Below, piece by piece: positions 1-9,778 of a stretch of 54,106 nucleotides of DNA. Origin of the DNA: an uncultured archaeon. Its GTDB lineage: Archaea; Aenigmatarchaeota; Aenigmatarchaeia; QMZP01. Both the position numbers and the translations under genes were made by a program. Each line of letters opens with the position of its first letter. Positions within the stretch are counted from its first letter, which is position 1. The stretch covers positions 1 through 54,106 of the forward strand of contig CAYGVS010000004.1 in the NCBI GenBank assembly GCA_964353635.1, read 5' to 3'. The notes beneath the pieces were generated by a model, which saw only the letters and a program-made list of their open reading frames with translations, ran no database searches and was not told where the DNA came from.

Positions 1-56
1 ATGTTGAGGCAAATTTCTATTTTGTGTATTATAAAGTTTTGCCTCATATAATAAGG

Positions 57-1955
57 ATGAATTTTACTTCCCTAAAGGGCCTCTGGAACAGGATAATGGG
101 ATTCAATAAGATAACAGCTCTGTTCTTTGCACTGCTCATCTTTGTCTACGTGATTTACCCCGTTCCCATATACTGGAAATATGACAGCATTCTCCTGAGG
201 GCCCTGTTTTTCGTGTATGCCGTTTTCCTGGCAGGGCTGTTCCATTCCCTTTTCCCAAAGGCCAGGAAACGACAGAAGAAGAGGCTGATTGGGAAATTAA
301 ACAGGACATATTTACTTCTGCTCATTCTCATAGTTGCCCTATTGCCAATCAAGGTCTTCTCGATCTATTACAATCCAATCCTCCTATCCAACGATGAGGA
401 CTTTCACATACATAGGGGCGAGGCCTTCCTCTTTTATACGGCAGAGAAAATCGGATTCCTAAAGGGAGGCTTTGGTATCAGCGACTACAAACTGGATTTA
501 ACGCTGAACAGGTTTGAACCTCTGCCTGCAACCTTCTCGGGGATTTCCTACCTATTCTTCGGTTCTGCTAACGCCCTTCCCTACTTGGGACAGGGATTCA
601 GCGCGTTTGCTTCTCATTTCTATCTAGATGAGCTGGCGGTCAGATTCCCCTCCCTTGTTTACACGGTCCTGACATTTCTCCTTCTTTTCAAAATCACTTC
701 CATGTATTATGGCAGGAGGACGGCTTTGATGGCATCGATTTCTCTCTTCTTCTTCCCGAGCTATTTCCTCCTCACATCCACTGCATACCTTGAGGCTGGT
801 ATGGTCTTCTTCGCCGTGCTCATAGCATATTTTGCTGTGAGGTATCTGGACACCTCTGACAGAAGGTACCTCCTGCTAACAGCTTTTGCCACTGTTGCAG
901 GGGGTTTCTTCAAGAGGCCTTTGTTAATTTTCATCATAATTGTCCCGCTGTGTATCTTCCTTTTCGGAAAGGGTAGGTTTAGAGAAAAGGCAAGGAACAT
1001 TCTCGTGTTCACGCTGCTGACTATACTTTCACTTGGCCCTTATTATTTGCAGTATGTATTTTTCGAGGGTCCTGACCCCTACGAGTTTTTCTTTCCTAGC
1101 CTCTCCAAGGCGCTGGCATTCTTCTATATCCTCCCTTTGATGGTCACGATACCGGTAGCTGTCCTGGGGATAATTGCAGTGATTACAAGGTTCAATAAGA
1201 ACAACCTTTCCAGGTTCTCGCTTGTCTGGATGCTTGCATGGTATGTATTAATCACAGCCTTCTGGTGGGCAGGAGGGAGGGTGATCCTTCCGCTTCTCGT
1301 TCCCCTGGTCATTCTTTACAGCGATTTGGTGATGTCGCTGGCGGGAAAGGTTTCCGAGAGATTTAATCTCAGTAAAAAAAACCTGCAGTATTCCGTGATA
1401 GTCCTGATGACAGCGTTCCTGGCCTTCCAGAGCTTCATCGTTTTTATGGGAAGCGGGGACGTGAGGAATTACAGATACTCAGACTTCTATGGCACAACCA
1501 TAGATTTTGAGGGAGGATATGCTGTTAACAATAACAAATTCCCCTACAGGGAAATCGCCCAGTACCTGACTGAGAACATGAAAGAAGGGCAGAACGTGGG
1601 AACGGTCTCTATTGGGCACGCGCCCGCGCCCGACATGTTCTTCGGCCTTCCCAACATAATCCAGTTCTATATGAGAAGCTATGAGGGTCTTGTGAACAGG
1701 GATTACCTAGCGTTTGTCCTGCCTGCGACAGAAGATTCCTTAAAGGATTTTTGCAAAGAGAATAATATAACCTTCTTCGTCCTTCCAATGGTGGATGGGA
1801 AGGCTAGAGAATACCTCTCCCTGAGCATAACAGAAGAGGATGTTCGAGAACTCAGAGAGATGGAAGAAATGATGAAAGGGTCCAGGTATTTCAAGCTGGA
1901 AAAAGAAGAAAGCTTCGGAGAGAACAGGCTGCTTGTCTTCTCTATCATTGGCTAG
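57..1955 (+). CDS. Multi-pass membrane glycosyltransferase, GT-C fold (PMT/ArnT-like)
   Basis: Many hydrophobic helices, acidic NDEDFH motif after the first helices, 'AVRFPS' and 'FFKRP' motifs, soluble C-terminal domain; start taken at ATG 57 (ORF track begins at 24). Confidence 0.7.
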   Translation: MNFTSLKGLWNRIMGFNKITALFFALLIFVYVIYPVPIYWKYDSILLRALFFVYAVFLAGLFHSLFPKARKRQKKRLIGKLNRTYLLLLILIVALLPIKVFSIYYNPILLSNDEDFHIHRGEAFLFYTAEKIGFLKGGFGISDYKLDLTLNRFEPLPATFSGISYLFFGSANALPYLGQGFSAFASHFYLDELAVRFPSLVYTVLTFLLLFKITSMYYGRRTALMASISLFFFPSYFLLTSTAYLEAGMVFFAVLIAYFAVRYLDTSDRRYLLLTAFATVAGGFFKRPLLIFIIIVPLCIFLFGKGRFREKARNILVFTLLTILSLGPYYLQYVFFEGPDPYEFFFPSLSKALAFFYILPLMVTIPVAVLGIIAVITRFNKNNLSRFSLVWMLAWYVLITAFWWAGGRVILPLLVPLVILYSDLVMSLAGKVSERFNLSKKNLQYSVIVLMTAFLAFQSFIVFMGSGDVRNYRYSDFYGTTIDFEGGYAVNNNKFPYREIAQYLTENMKEGQNVGTVSIGHAPAPDMFFGLPNIIQFYMRSYEGLVNRDYLAFVLPATEDSLKDFCKENNITFFVLPMVDGKAREYLSLSITEEDVRELREMEEMMKGSRYFKLEKEESFGENRLLVFSIIG

Positions 1956-2955
1956 AAATATTCTCCTTCCAGGACGGAGGAAGCTTCTCCTCTATCTCTA
2001 TGCCCTCGAATCTCCGTATCTCTCTTTTGTCCTGATTCCTCGCCCACGAGGCCATCCTCTTGATTCCTTCCCTCAGGCCTATCCTGGGCTCATAGCCGAA
2101 ATATTTCCTGAGCTTTGCCACGCTAGAATAAGCATGCTTAACCTCGTTCCTCGCTGGCTGGTAATTGATTTTTGGCTCAATGCCAAACTCCTGGGAAACC
2201 ATCCTCGCAAGGTCATTCACTGTGTAAGGCTTTTCAGAGCCTATGTTGAAGACCTGGTTGTAGGCCTTTTCATTTCGTATTGATTTGGCAATGAGGGGTG
2301 AAACGTCATCTATATGCGTGAATGCCCTTGTCTGGGAACCATCCCCGAATATGGTAAGCGGCCTGCCGCTTATTATCTGGTTCATGAATATCCCGATCAC
2401 GTTCCTGTACTTGTCCCAAAGGTTCTGCCTTTCCCCGTACACGTTATGCGGCCTGAAGACTATGTAATTGAGGCCGAACATCTTCCTCGCTGCCTCCAGG
2501 TCAAGTTCCACTGCGTACTTGGATATCCCATAAGGGTCCTCGGGCCTTGGGATTGTGTCCTCGGTAAGCGGGACCTGGTTCTCCCCATAGACAGCTATGC
2601 TCGAAGTAAATACGAAGCATTTTACCTTATGCATCACGGAGAGGTTGATGAGGTTCACAGAGCCGATGAGGTTGTTATCATAGTTGAACCTCCGGATGAA
2701 ATGGCTCAACCCCTCAGCTGCGTATGCGCCAAGGTGGAACACGTATTCGAACTTGTATTTCTCGAAAAGCCTCTGAAGAAGAGGGTAATCAGTGACAGAG
2801 CCCTTTATGAAAACCGCGCCCTTAGGTACATTGGACTCGAACCCTCCTGTGAGATCATCAAGCACGACCGTGTTGTAGCCTTCCTCCAGTAGCTTCTCTG
2901 CAACATGGCTTCCAATAAAGCCTGCCCCGCCTGTAACTAGAACGTTCGCTTTCAT
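1945..2955 (-). CDS. NAD-dependent NDP-sugar epimerase/dehydratase (extended SDR)
   Basis: TGGAGFIG Rossmann motif, YGISK catalytic YxxxK, NVYG, GDGSQTRAF. Confidence 0.9.
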   Translation of the reverse strand: MKANVLVTGGAGFIGSHVAEKLLEEGYNTVVLDDLTGGFESNVPKGAVFIKGSVTDYPLLQRLFEKYKFEYVFHLGAYAAEGLSHFIRRFNYDNNLIGSVNLINLSVMHKVKCFVFTSSIAVYGENQVPLTEDTIPRPEDPYGISKYAVELDLEAARKMFGLNYIVFRPHNVYGERQNLWDKYRNVIGIFMNQIISGRPLTIFGDGSQTRAFTHIDDVSPLIAKSIRNEKAYNQVFNIGSEKPYTVNDLARMVSQEFGIEPKINYQPARNEVKHAYSSVAKLRKYFGYEPRIGLREGIKRMASWARNQDKREIRRFEGIEIEEKLPPSWKENISSQ

Positions 2956-2995
2956 CTCAAATTAATTATCCAGATTAGATTTATATTACAGTCTG

Positions 2996-3014
2996 CCCTT
3001 CCATTTTGGAAGGG
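2996..3014. repeat. 8-bp perfect inverted repeat (CCCTTCCA-ttt-TGGAAGGG) in a divergent intergenic region
   Basis: Read directly from sequence between the epimerase (-) and GT2 (+) starts. Confidence 0.6.
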
Positions 3015-3043
3015 TATTTTAATCTCTCCTATAAAATATAGCC

Positions 3044-3748
3044 ATGTTCAAAGGGAAGAGTGTATCCGTTGTGATGCCCGCATATAACGAGGAGGGGAAC
3101 ATATCCCAGGCTGTAAAAGAGTTCAAGAGCAACGAGTTCGTTGACGAGGTCGTGGTTGCTGACAACAACTCTAATGACAGGACAAATGAGCTGGCCAGGA
3201 AGGCCGGGGCGAAAGTGGTCTCGGAAAGGAGGCAGGGGTATGGATATGCGTGCAGGGCAGCCATGGGAAACGCCACTGGGGATATCATAATACTTGTGGA
3301 GTCTGACGGCACGTTTTCCAGCAAGGACATAATAAAGTTCCTCGCATACAGCGAGGATTTTGATTTCATCCTCGGCACTAGGACGACTAAGGAGCTCATC
3401 TGGAAAGGCTCGAATATGGGAAGCTTCCTCAGGTGGGGCAACTGGTTCCTAGCAAAGATAGTGGAATTCCTTTACAATGGACCCCATCTAAGCGATGTTG
3501 GGTGCACATACAGACTCATCAAGAGGGAAGCCTTAGAGGAGATACAACCCGGCTTCAGCGTAGGCGGATCCCATTTCTCCCCTGAGATGATGATCCTGGC
3601 GCTGAAAAAAAGGATAAGGATGCTGGAAATCCCTGTGAACTACATGCCCAGAATAGGGGAATCGAAGATAACCGGGGAAAAGAAAAAGGCCTTCAAGGTT
3701 GGCCTGAGGATGATCTGGTTCATGATTTCCTATAAGGCGCATAGCTAG
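3044..3748 (+). CDS. GT2 glycosyltransferase, dolichol/polyprenol-phosphate glycosyltransferase-like
   Basis: VVMPAYNEE, DNNSNDRT, QGYG, ESDGT (DxD-like), EIPVNY..RIGESK. Confidence 0.9.
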   Translation: MFKGKSVSVVMPAYNEEGNISQAVKEFKSNEFVDEVVVADNNSNDRTNELARKAGAKVVSERRQGYGYACRAAMGNATGDIIILVESDGTFSSKDIIKFLAYSEDFDFILGTRTTKELIWKGSNMGSFLRWGNWFLAKIVEFLYNGPHLSDVGCTYRLIKREALEEIQPGFSVGGSHFSPEMMILALKKRIRMLEIPVNYMPRIGESKITGEKKKAFKVGLRMIWFMISYKAHS

Positions 3749-3795
3749 CATCCCTTCAAGGATAAGAATATAAATAAACTACCGAAGAATTTTAG

Positions 3796-4875
3796 ATGAA
3801 GGGATTCTTCAATCCGAAGAACGAAAGGCTGCACTATCTCATGCTTGTGCTGGTCGTCATCATCGCCTCTGTCTTCAGCTGGGGCGCTACATATGGCGAC
3901 TCTGCTTCATACCTAAAGACGGCCAATTACCTCTTTGGCTATGAAGGCGGCGTCAGGTTGGAGCACAGGATGATAAGGCCTGTGACACTGTTCATGGCCG
4001 GCGCGATGGCGCCTGCCTTTGGGTTGATAAACTCTTTTGCAATAGTCAATATAATCTTCGGGATACTTACATCCGTCGTCATTTACAAGCTCGTCATGAG
4101 GATGTACAAAAAGCCAAAGCTGGCGTTTTATGCTGCTCTGCTCTTTGCTACGTCCATTCCCGTACTATCCCTCGGCGCATCTGTGCTTACAGAGATGCCG
4201 GCATATTTCGCCACGGTCATGGTCATTTACATCGTATACCAGATGAAAAAAGAAATGACATACAAAGATATGATAATAGCGGCTTTGCTGCTGTCATTCT
4301 CAATGCTCATAAGGGAAACCTCCATGTTCATCCTGCCAATATTTTTCCTTCTGAGTAGGTATGGCGAAAGGAAGGTCCTTCTGAAAGGGGGAGCCATCAT
4401 CATCCTTGCTTTTGCTTTCACTTCGGTGTATTATTTCGCATATAATGTGAACCCCTTAAACTACACACTGAACAGCGGAAATATGGGCATGTCTTATAAT
4501 AACCCGGAAAAGTATGGGGTGGAAAGGATAATCCTGAGTTTCATGGCGTTTGAGTTCCTGCCCATATTCGCGTTCCTTGGCTTTGTCGCAGACAGCGACA
4601 GGAAGAGGCTGATTGCATATTATGCGATGTTCGTATCGTTCCTTCCTGTGTTTCTGTGGCCTGTTCAGGAATGGAAAATAACGTACACAGTATTTCCTTT
4701 GATAATGGCTCTTTCCGTCTTTGGAATAGACCATTTCTCCCAGCGGCTGTCTGAGAAGCCTCTCTTCTCAAGGCTGGGCAGCAGGTGGTATGAATTCCTA
4801 ATAATCCTTATGTACGTGATAATAGGGGTCATTTATTGTGCACTTGTCATGCCGCAGTATATCATTGCAGTGTGA
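3796..4875 (+). CDS. Membrane protein, probable GT-C glycosyltransferase
   Basis: About 9-10 TM helices, GDSASY acidic motif after TM1, 'VLTE' and 'IRET' motifs; directly follows a GT2 lipid-phosphate sugar synthase. Confidence 0.6.
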   Translation: MKGFFNPKNERLHYLMLVLVVIIASVFSWGATYGDSASYLKTANYLFGYEGGVRLEHRMIRPVTLFMAGAMAPAFGLINSFAIVNIIFGILTSVVIYKLVMRMYKKPKLAFYAALLFATSIPVLSLGASVLTEMPAYFATVMVIYIVYQMKKEMTYKDMIIAALLLSFSMLIRETSMFILPIFFLLSRYGERKVLLKGGAIIILAFAFTSVYYFAYNVNPLNYTLNSGNMGMSYNNPEKYGVERIILSFMAFEFLPIFAFLGFVADSDRKRLIAYYAMFVSFLPVFLWPVQEWKITYTVFPLIMALSVFGIDHFSQRLSEKPLFSRLGSRWYEFLIILMYVIIGVIYCALVMPQYIIAV

Positions 4876-4982
4876 ATGGTTCCTGCAACTTCCTGGAATC
4901 GTGAATTGTATCACTGACGTCCTATTGCAGAAGCCTGGAATCTCGGTCCTTGTCGCTTAATGATGTCTTTCTAGAAAAACGC

Positions 4983-5762
4983 CTAAGAGTTATAAATTTC
5001 GTATTTTTCATTTCTTTTTATTTTTTTTATGTGGAGAAAATATGAGAACATTGCTCTTAGTATGTTAAAAGAATACTTAATAATATCCATGTTCGATGGG
5101 TGCCTCGATTCCTCGCCATAATGCGTTGGTATTGTCCTTTCGATTATTTTCAAACCATTAACCCTAAACTGAATTAGAATATCAGTATCAAAGACATAGC
5201 CGTCAGAGCATTTGCTGAAAGGTATTTTTTTCAATGCATCCACTTTATAAATTCTGAACCCTGAGTGGAATTCTGACAAGTTGATTTTAAGCACAAAATT
5301 CTCGATTTTGGTCAGGATTCTGTTGCCGATTATTTTATAAATAGGCATCCTGCCTTTTCTTGGATTGCCTTTCATTCTTGAACCAAAAATCATGTCAGCT
5401 TTGTCTTTTTCAATTCCGTTAAGAAGGATTGGGATGAATTCAGGAGCGTATTGTGCATCTCCGTGCAGCAGTACAATGTAATCAAATCCTTTTTTAATGG
5501 CATAGTTGTAAGCTATCTTCTGGTTACCGCCATAGCCGACATTGCAATCGTTTTTTATGATTTTTAATTTTGATAATCCGCTCCTCTTCTTATATTGAAC
5601 GGCCACTATGTGAGTATTGTCTTGGCTGTTATTGTCAATTATGAGTATTTCCTTGACCTTTTTTTTAATGCTTTTTGGTATCCTGTCTATTACCATAGGA
5701 AGAGTGTGGGCTACATTATATGCTGGAATGAATATGGCAATCTTTTCTTCTTTCTTATCCAT
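4983..5762 (-). CDS. GT2 glycosyltransferase
   Basis: IPAYNVA, IDNNSQD, GYGGNQK, LHGDAQY, EFHSGFR. Confidence 0.9.
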   Translation of the reverse strand: MDKKEEKIAIFIPAYNVAHTLPMVIDRIPKSIKKKVKEILIIDNNSQDNTHIVAVQYKKRSGLSKLKIIKNDCNVGYGGNQKIAYNYAIKKGFDYIVLLHGDAQYAPEFIPILLNGIEKDKADMIFGSRMKGNPRKGRMPIYKIIGNRILTKIENFVLKINLSEFHSGFRIYKVDALKKIPFSKCSDGYVFDTDILIQFRVNGLKIIERTIPTHYGEESRHPSNMDIIKYSFNILRAMFSYFLHIKKIKRNEKYEIYNS

Positions 5763-5763
5763 C

Positions 5764-7362
5764 TTATGTACCTTTCTTCATTTCAATAAAATCTACAATG
5801 ACATTTACCATGTGATTCAGCATGTCTTCTGTCAAGCCTGGGTATACTCCTATCCAGAAAGAGTTTTCCATGATAAAATCTGTGTTTGCAAGATTTCCAA
5901 CAATCCGGTATTTTGCGTTCTCGAGGCTTGGATGCCGAACGATATTGCCTGAAAAAAGTAGTCTTGTTGCAATTTTATTATCTTCCAGATGTTTTGTTAT
6001 TTCGTTCCTTGTAAATGGGGCATTTTCCCTTACGGTAAGCAGGAAACCGAACCAGCTTGGTTCCGAATTTTCCATGGCTTTTGGAAGAATGAAGTAATTC
6101 TCATATTTTTTCAATTTTTTGTATAGAAATTCCCAATTCTTCTTTCTGGCTTCTATAAATCTTGGAAGTTTTTTCAGCTGAGCAACGCCAATCGATGCTT
6201 GTAAATCAGTAATCTTGAGATTATATCCTATATGCGAATATATGTATTTATGATCATATCCGAAAGGCAGCTTTCCTAACTGCCAATCGAACCTTTTCTT
6301 GCATGTATTATCAATTCCTGGATCGCACCAGCAATCCCGTCCCCAATCCCTAAAAGACTCGATAATTCTTTTTAGCAAAGCATCATCGGTTAATAATGCG
6401 CCGCCTTCCCCCATAGTCAAATGGTGAGGGGGATAGAAGCTGTATGTGGAAATATCTCCAAAAGTGCCTGTAAACCTATTATTATATTTTGAACCGACAG
6501 CATCACAGTTATCCTCAATTAGCCATAAATCGTATTTTTTTACTATGGGCAAAATCTTATCTATATTAAAAGGATTTCCAAGCGTATGAGCCAAAAAAAT
6601 CGCCTTAGTTTTTGGTGATATGGCAGCCTCGATTTTCTTTGACTCAATGTTATAAGTCCCGTCTAGGTCTACATCCAGAAATACCGGTATAAGGTTGTTT
6701 TGAATAATGGGGTTTACCGTGGTTGGGAAAGCACAAGCAGTAGTTATTACTTCATCTCCAGGGCTTAATCGCCTTTCGCCTAATTTGATAGACGTTAAAG
6801 CCGATACAGCTAAGAGGTTGGCTGATGACCCAGAATTAGTAAGGCTGCAATACGTTGCGCCCAGAAAATTGGCAAAATCCCTTTCAAACTTTTTGGCATA
6901 GCGTCCAGATGTAAGCCAAAAATCAAGAGAACTGTCCATCAATGTCGTCATTTCGTCGGCATCATATACTTTGGCTGAGTACGGAACGTATGTTTTTCCG
7001 GGGACAAACTTTTGGCTCTTTTTATGGATCAAGTCATAATGTAGATTAGTTATATTAAAAATCATCTTCCTTAACAATTCATCAATTTTTTGCGTGGATA
7101 ATCTCCCTATTTTCTCTAAAATATGATTTTTTTCTATTGAAAGAATGTAGTCTGTCGAAATAAGGTAGTCTTTTGGGATGCTGCCATCTGAAAGATCTCC
7201 TATAGACACATGGACGGTGTTTTGATTGGCAATTGTGTTGGGTGTAATTGGAAGGATCATAATTGAGCTGCTTGCCAAACCGTAAACCACGCCCAGGCTA
7301 TCTTCACTCTTCTGCACGTCCTTAAAGCTTACTAAATCGCCTGTCTCCAGATGATTATCCAT
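5764..7362 (-). CDS. rfbH: CDP-4-keto-6-deoxyglucose 3-dehydrase (RfbH/DdhC) with about 100-aa N-terminal PemK/MazF-like extension
   Basis: DFWLTSGR, NSGSSANLLA, EDNCDA, SFYPPHHLTMGEGG (His at the cofactor-lysine position typical of E1), RDWGRDCWC Fe-S region, YDHKY. Confidence 0.9.
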   Translation of the reverse strand: MDNHLETGDLVSFKDVQKSEDSLGVVYGLASSSIMILPITPNTIANQNTVHVSIGDLSDGSIPKDYLISTDYILSIEKNHILEKIGRLSTQKIDELLRKMIFNITNLHYDLIHKKSQKFVPGKTYVPYSAKVYDADEMTTLMDSSLDFWLTSGRYAKKFERDFANFLGATYCSLTNSGSSANLLAVSALTSIKLGERRLSPGDEVITTACAFPTTVNPIIQNNLIPVFLDVDLDGTYNIESKKIEAAISPKTKAIFLAHTLGNPFNIDKILPIVKKYDLWLIEDNCDAVGSKYNNRFTGTFGDISTYSFYPPHHLTMGEGGALLTDDALLKRIIESFRDWGRDCWCDPGIDNTCKKRFDWQLGKLPFGYDHKYIYSHIGYNLKITDLQASIGVAQLKKLPRFIEARKKNWEFLYKKLKKYENYFILPKAMENSEPSWFGFLLTVRENAPFTRNEITKHLEDNKIATRLLFSGNIVRHPSLENAKYRIVGNLANTDFIMENSFWIGVYPGLTEDMLNHMVNVIVDFIEMKKGT

Positions 7363-7422
7363 GCGATCACTTTGGTTTATATGGTTTTAAGCCCACATTA
7401 TTATTCAGCTTATTATTCTCAA

Positions 7423-7484
7423 TCAAGTATAGAACTTTGTCAGGACTGAACCTATGTTTCTCATGTTCCCGTGATAAGAATCAT
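7423..7484 (-). pseudogene. Frameshifted N-terminal stub of an NDP-sugar epimerase
   Basis: Minus strand reads MILITG then, after a 1-nt shift, NMRNIGSVLTK, a decayed 'ITGNMGYIGSVL' Rossmann start. Confidence 0.55.
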
Positions 7485-7491
7485 GTCTAGA

Positions 7492-7956
7492 CTAGTTGAA
7501 TTTTATATTCCAATCGTAAGGTATTTTTTTGGAAAATGGATCGAGTCGCTCAATTTCTGAAGGATTGTGGGACAGAGTAGCGCAGTTCGCCACCAGGCAG
7601 GGCGTAGTGCTTATGCATTTGAAGCCATTCCACACGCCCGGAGGTATTTTTACCAAGCAATAGTTCTCTTCGCCTATGAATAATTCCATTAGGTTTCCTT
7701 TTGAAGGGGAATTTTTTCGATCATCAAATAGGACCAGTTTTATCATACCTTTCACGACAGCATAATTTAATGTCATTTCTTTGTGCAAGTGCCACCCTTT
7801 TATAACGCCTGGATATGCCATAGAAAAATAAATCTCCCCGAATTTTTCGAAATGGGGGTCATCGCACCTAAGCATATGATATATACACCCCCTTTCGTCA
7901 GGTATCTTCTTCAGAGGGATTACCTCAACGCCTTCTATCTTCTCCATTTTTATCAC
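7492..7956 (-). CDS. NDP-4-keto-6-deoxyhexose 3,5-epimerase (RmlC-like cupin)
   Basis: DERG, GVIKGWHLH, IPPGVWNGF. Confidence 0.85.
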   Translation of the reverse strand: MIKMEKIEGVEVIPLKKIPDERGCIYHMLRCDDPHFEKFGEIYFSMAYPGVIKGWHLHKEMTLNYAVVKGMIKLVLFDDRKNSPSKGNLMELFIGEENYCLVKIPPGVWNGFKCISTTPCLVANCATLSHNPSEIERLDPFSKKIPYDWNIKFN

Positions 7957-8894
7957 CGTTTTCTAAATCCTTTATGCCAATCTATTGTGAATTTTAGCCC
8001 CTCTGCTATGCTTATTTTGGGTCTCCATTTTAAATGTTTATCAGCTTTGTCTATATCTGCGCACATGTGCCAAATCTCATTTTTCCTGTGTGGGATTGCC
8101 CCCCAGGCTGGTTTAACTTTGTTGCCAATTAGACTGCTTACAAGATTGGTAATGTCTCTTATGCTAGTTGAATGGCCTGTTCCGATGTTAAAAATCTCGT
8201 GTTTATTTGGCAGTTTTGGCATGGTTATCAATTTCATGTAAGCGTCAACTATATCATCAACATAAATAAAGTCCCATTGCTGCTTTCCGCTAGTCATTTT
8301 AAGGTGTTCTTTAGCTAGGATTGTCCGTATCAGATAAGGAATGAGTTTTTTTTCATTGTCATATGGTCCGTATGGAGGGAAGAGGCGAAAAGTCACTATA
8401 TCCAGCCCATATTTTTCTGCGTAAAAATTACACGCATTTTCCGCCTGAATCTTTGTCATAGCGTAAAGGTTAAAGGGGTCGAGTCTTGAATCTTCCTTTA
8501 TCTTTTCCCTTATGCTTTTGTAAACGAAACAAGAACTTGTATTTACGAACAGCTTCACTCCGTACTCCTTTGAGGCCTCTAGAAGATTTCCCGTGCCTAG
8601 GATATTCGTATTTACCATCAAGGGTATATCCTGCGGCTTGTGGTCAGGTGAATAGTTCGTTGCTAGATGAAATATGATATCAGGCTCAAATTCTGAGATT
8701 GTCTTTAAAACATCCTCTGTCTTTTCTAAAGGGGTATCATATACATGTATTTTATCAATCAAGTCTTTAATTCTCCAGAGATCTGAATTCTGGCGCTTAA
8801 TTATCCCGATATCAATGTCATTGTTTACTAATCTTCTCACAACATTGGATCCGATAAATCCAGTGGCCCCAGTAACAAGAATTTTAGATTTCAT
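7953..8894 (-). CDS. NAD-dependent epimerase/reductase, CDP-abequose/paratose synthase-like
   Basis: TGATGFIG, YAMTK, YGPYD, QQWDFIYVDD; position between rfbF and rfbH. Confidence 0.75.
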   Translation of the reverse strand: MKSKILVTGATGFIGSNVVRRLVNNDIDIGIIKRQNSDLWRIKDLIDKIHVYDTPLEKTEDVLKTISEFEPDIIFHLATNYSPDHKPQDIPLMVNTNILGTGNLLEASKEYGVKLFVNTSSCFVYKSIREKIKEDSRLDPFNLYAMTKIQAENACNFYAEKYGLDIVTFRLFPPYGPYDNEKKLIPYLIRTILAKEHLKMTSGKQQWDFIYVDDIVDAYMKLITMPKLPNKHEIFNIGTGHSTSIRDITNLVSSLIGNKVKPAWGAIPHRKNEIWHMCADIDKADKHLKWRPKISIAEGLKFTIDWHKGFRKR

Positions 8895-9674
8895 TCAGTC
8901 ATCCCAAATCTTCCAGAATGCCCTATTACTATTCCATAGAGAGTTTAGGTAAATCATATCGCGCTGCGTATCCATGCATGTCCAATTTCCCTTATGTTCA
9001 TAAACCATCAGTTCACCGTCTTTAGCCAATTGCTCTAAGGGACCCACTTCAAAATCACACTTTTCATCGGAAAAAAGATAATTAAATATTTTTCTATTAA
9101 AAACAAAAAAACCGCCGTTTATCATCCCTTGGGAAAGTTGAGGCTTTTCGGTAAAAGATATTACTTTGTTCATATCCACTATCATTTCGCCAAACCTTGA
9201 TGGAGGCCTTACGCCCGTGACAGTGCCTATCTTTCCGTGTTTTTTATGAAAAGCCAACAGGTCGCTTAGATTTATGTCAGCCAGGCCGTCCCCATAGGTC
9301 AGCATGAATATATCCGAGTCTATGAACCTTTCAATTCTCTTTATTCTGCACCCCTTTAGGGCGCTCTCCCCTGTGTCGACTATTGTGACCTTCCATCCCT
9401 TTTCGCTATGGTTTTTATGCACTTCACATATTCCCTTGCCCAATTCGATGGTAAAGTCGTTTTTAATTGCGTCGTAATTGAAGAAATAGTGCTTTATCAT
9501 CTCCCCTTTATAGCCAGCCGCCAGGACAAAGTCATTAAAACCGTATGTTGAATACATTTTCATTATGTGCCATAAAATCGGCTTTTTACCAATATCTATC
9601 ATGGGTTTCGGCTTTGTTTCAGTCTCCTCCATTAGTCTTGTTCCTATCCCACCACATAATATCACAACTTTCAT
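8895..9674 (-). CDS. rfbF: Glucose-1-phosphate cytidylyltransferase
   Basis: ILCGGIGTRL..ET..KPKPM, VDTG, FMLTYGDG, INGGFF, W.CMDT.RD, 'AFWK.W' C-terminus. Confidence 0.93.
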   Translation of the reverse strand: MKVVILCGGIGTRLMEETETKPKPMIDIGKKPILWHIMKMYSTYGFNDFVLAAGYKGEMIKHYFFNYDAIKNDFTIELGKGICEVHKNHSEKGWKVTIVDTGESALKGCRIKRIERFIDSDIFMLTYGDGLADINLSDLLAFHKKHGKIGTVTGVRPPSRFGEMIVDMNKVISFTEKPQLSQGMINGGFFVFNRKIFNYLFSDEKCDFEVGPLEQLAKDGELMVYEHKGNWTCMDTQRDMIYLNSLWNSNRAFWKIWDD

Positions 9675-9778
9675 AATATGTCACATTCAAGTTTTACTAG
9701 TTAGTTTTTAATTCTATAGTGATTTATATAACTGATATAACTGTGTATGATTTCAGGATATTGCTGTGAGTATTTAGT

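Noticed and set aside
4884-4942. Short direct repeat CCTGGAATC between convergent genes
   Set aside because: Two 9-nt copies only; no array, IS end or transposase nearby
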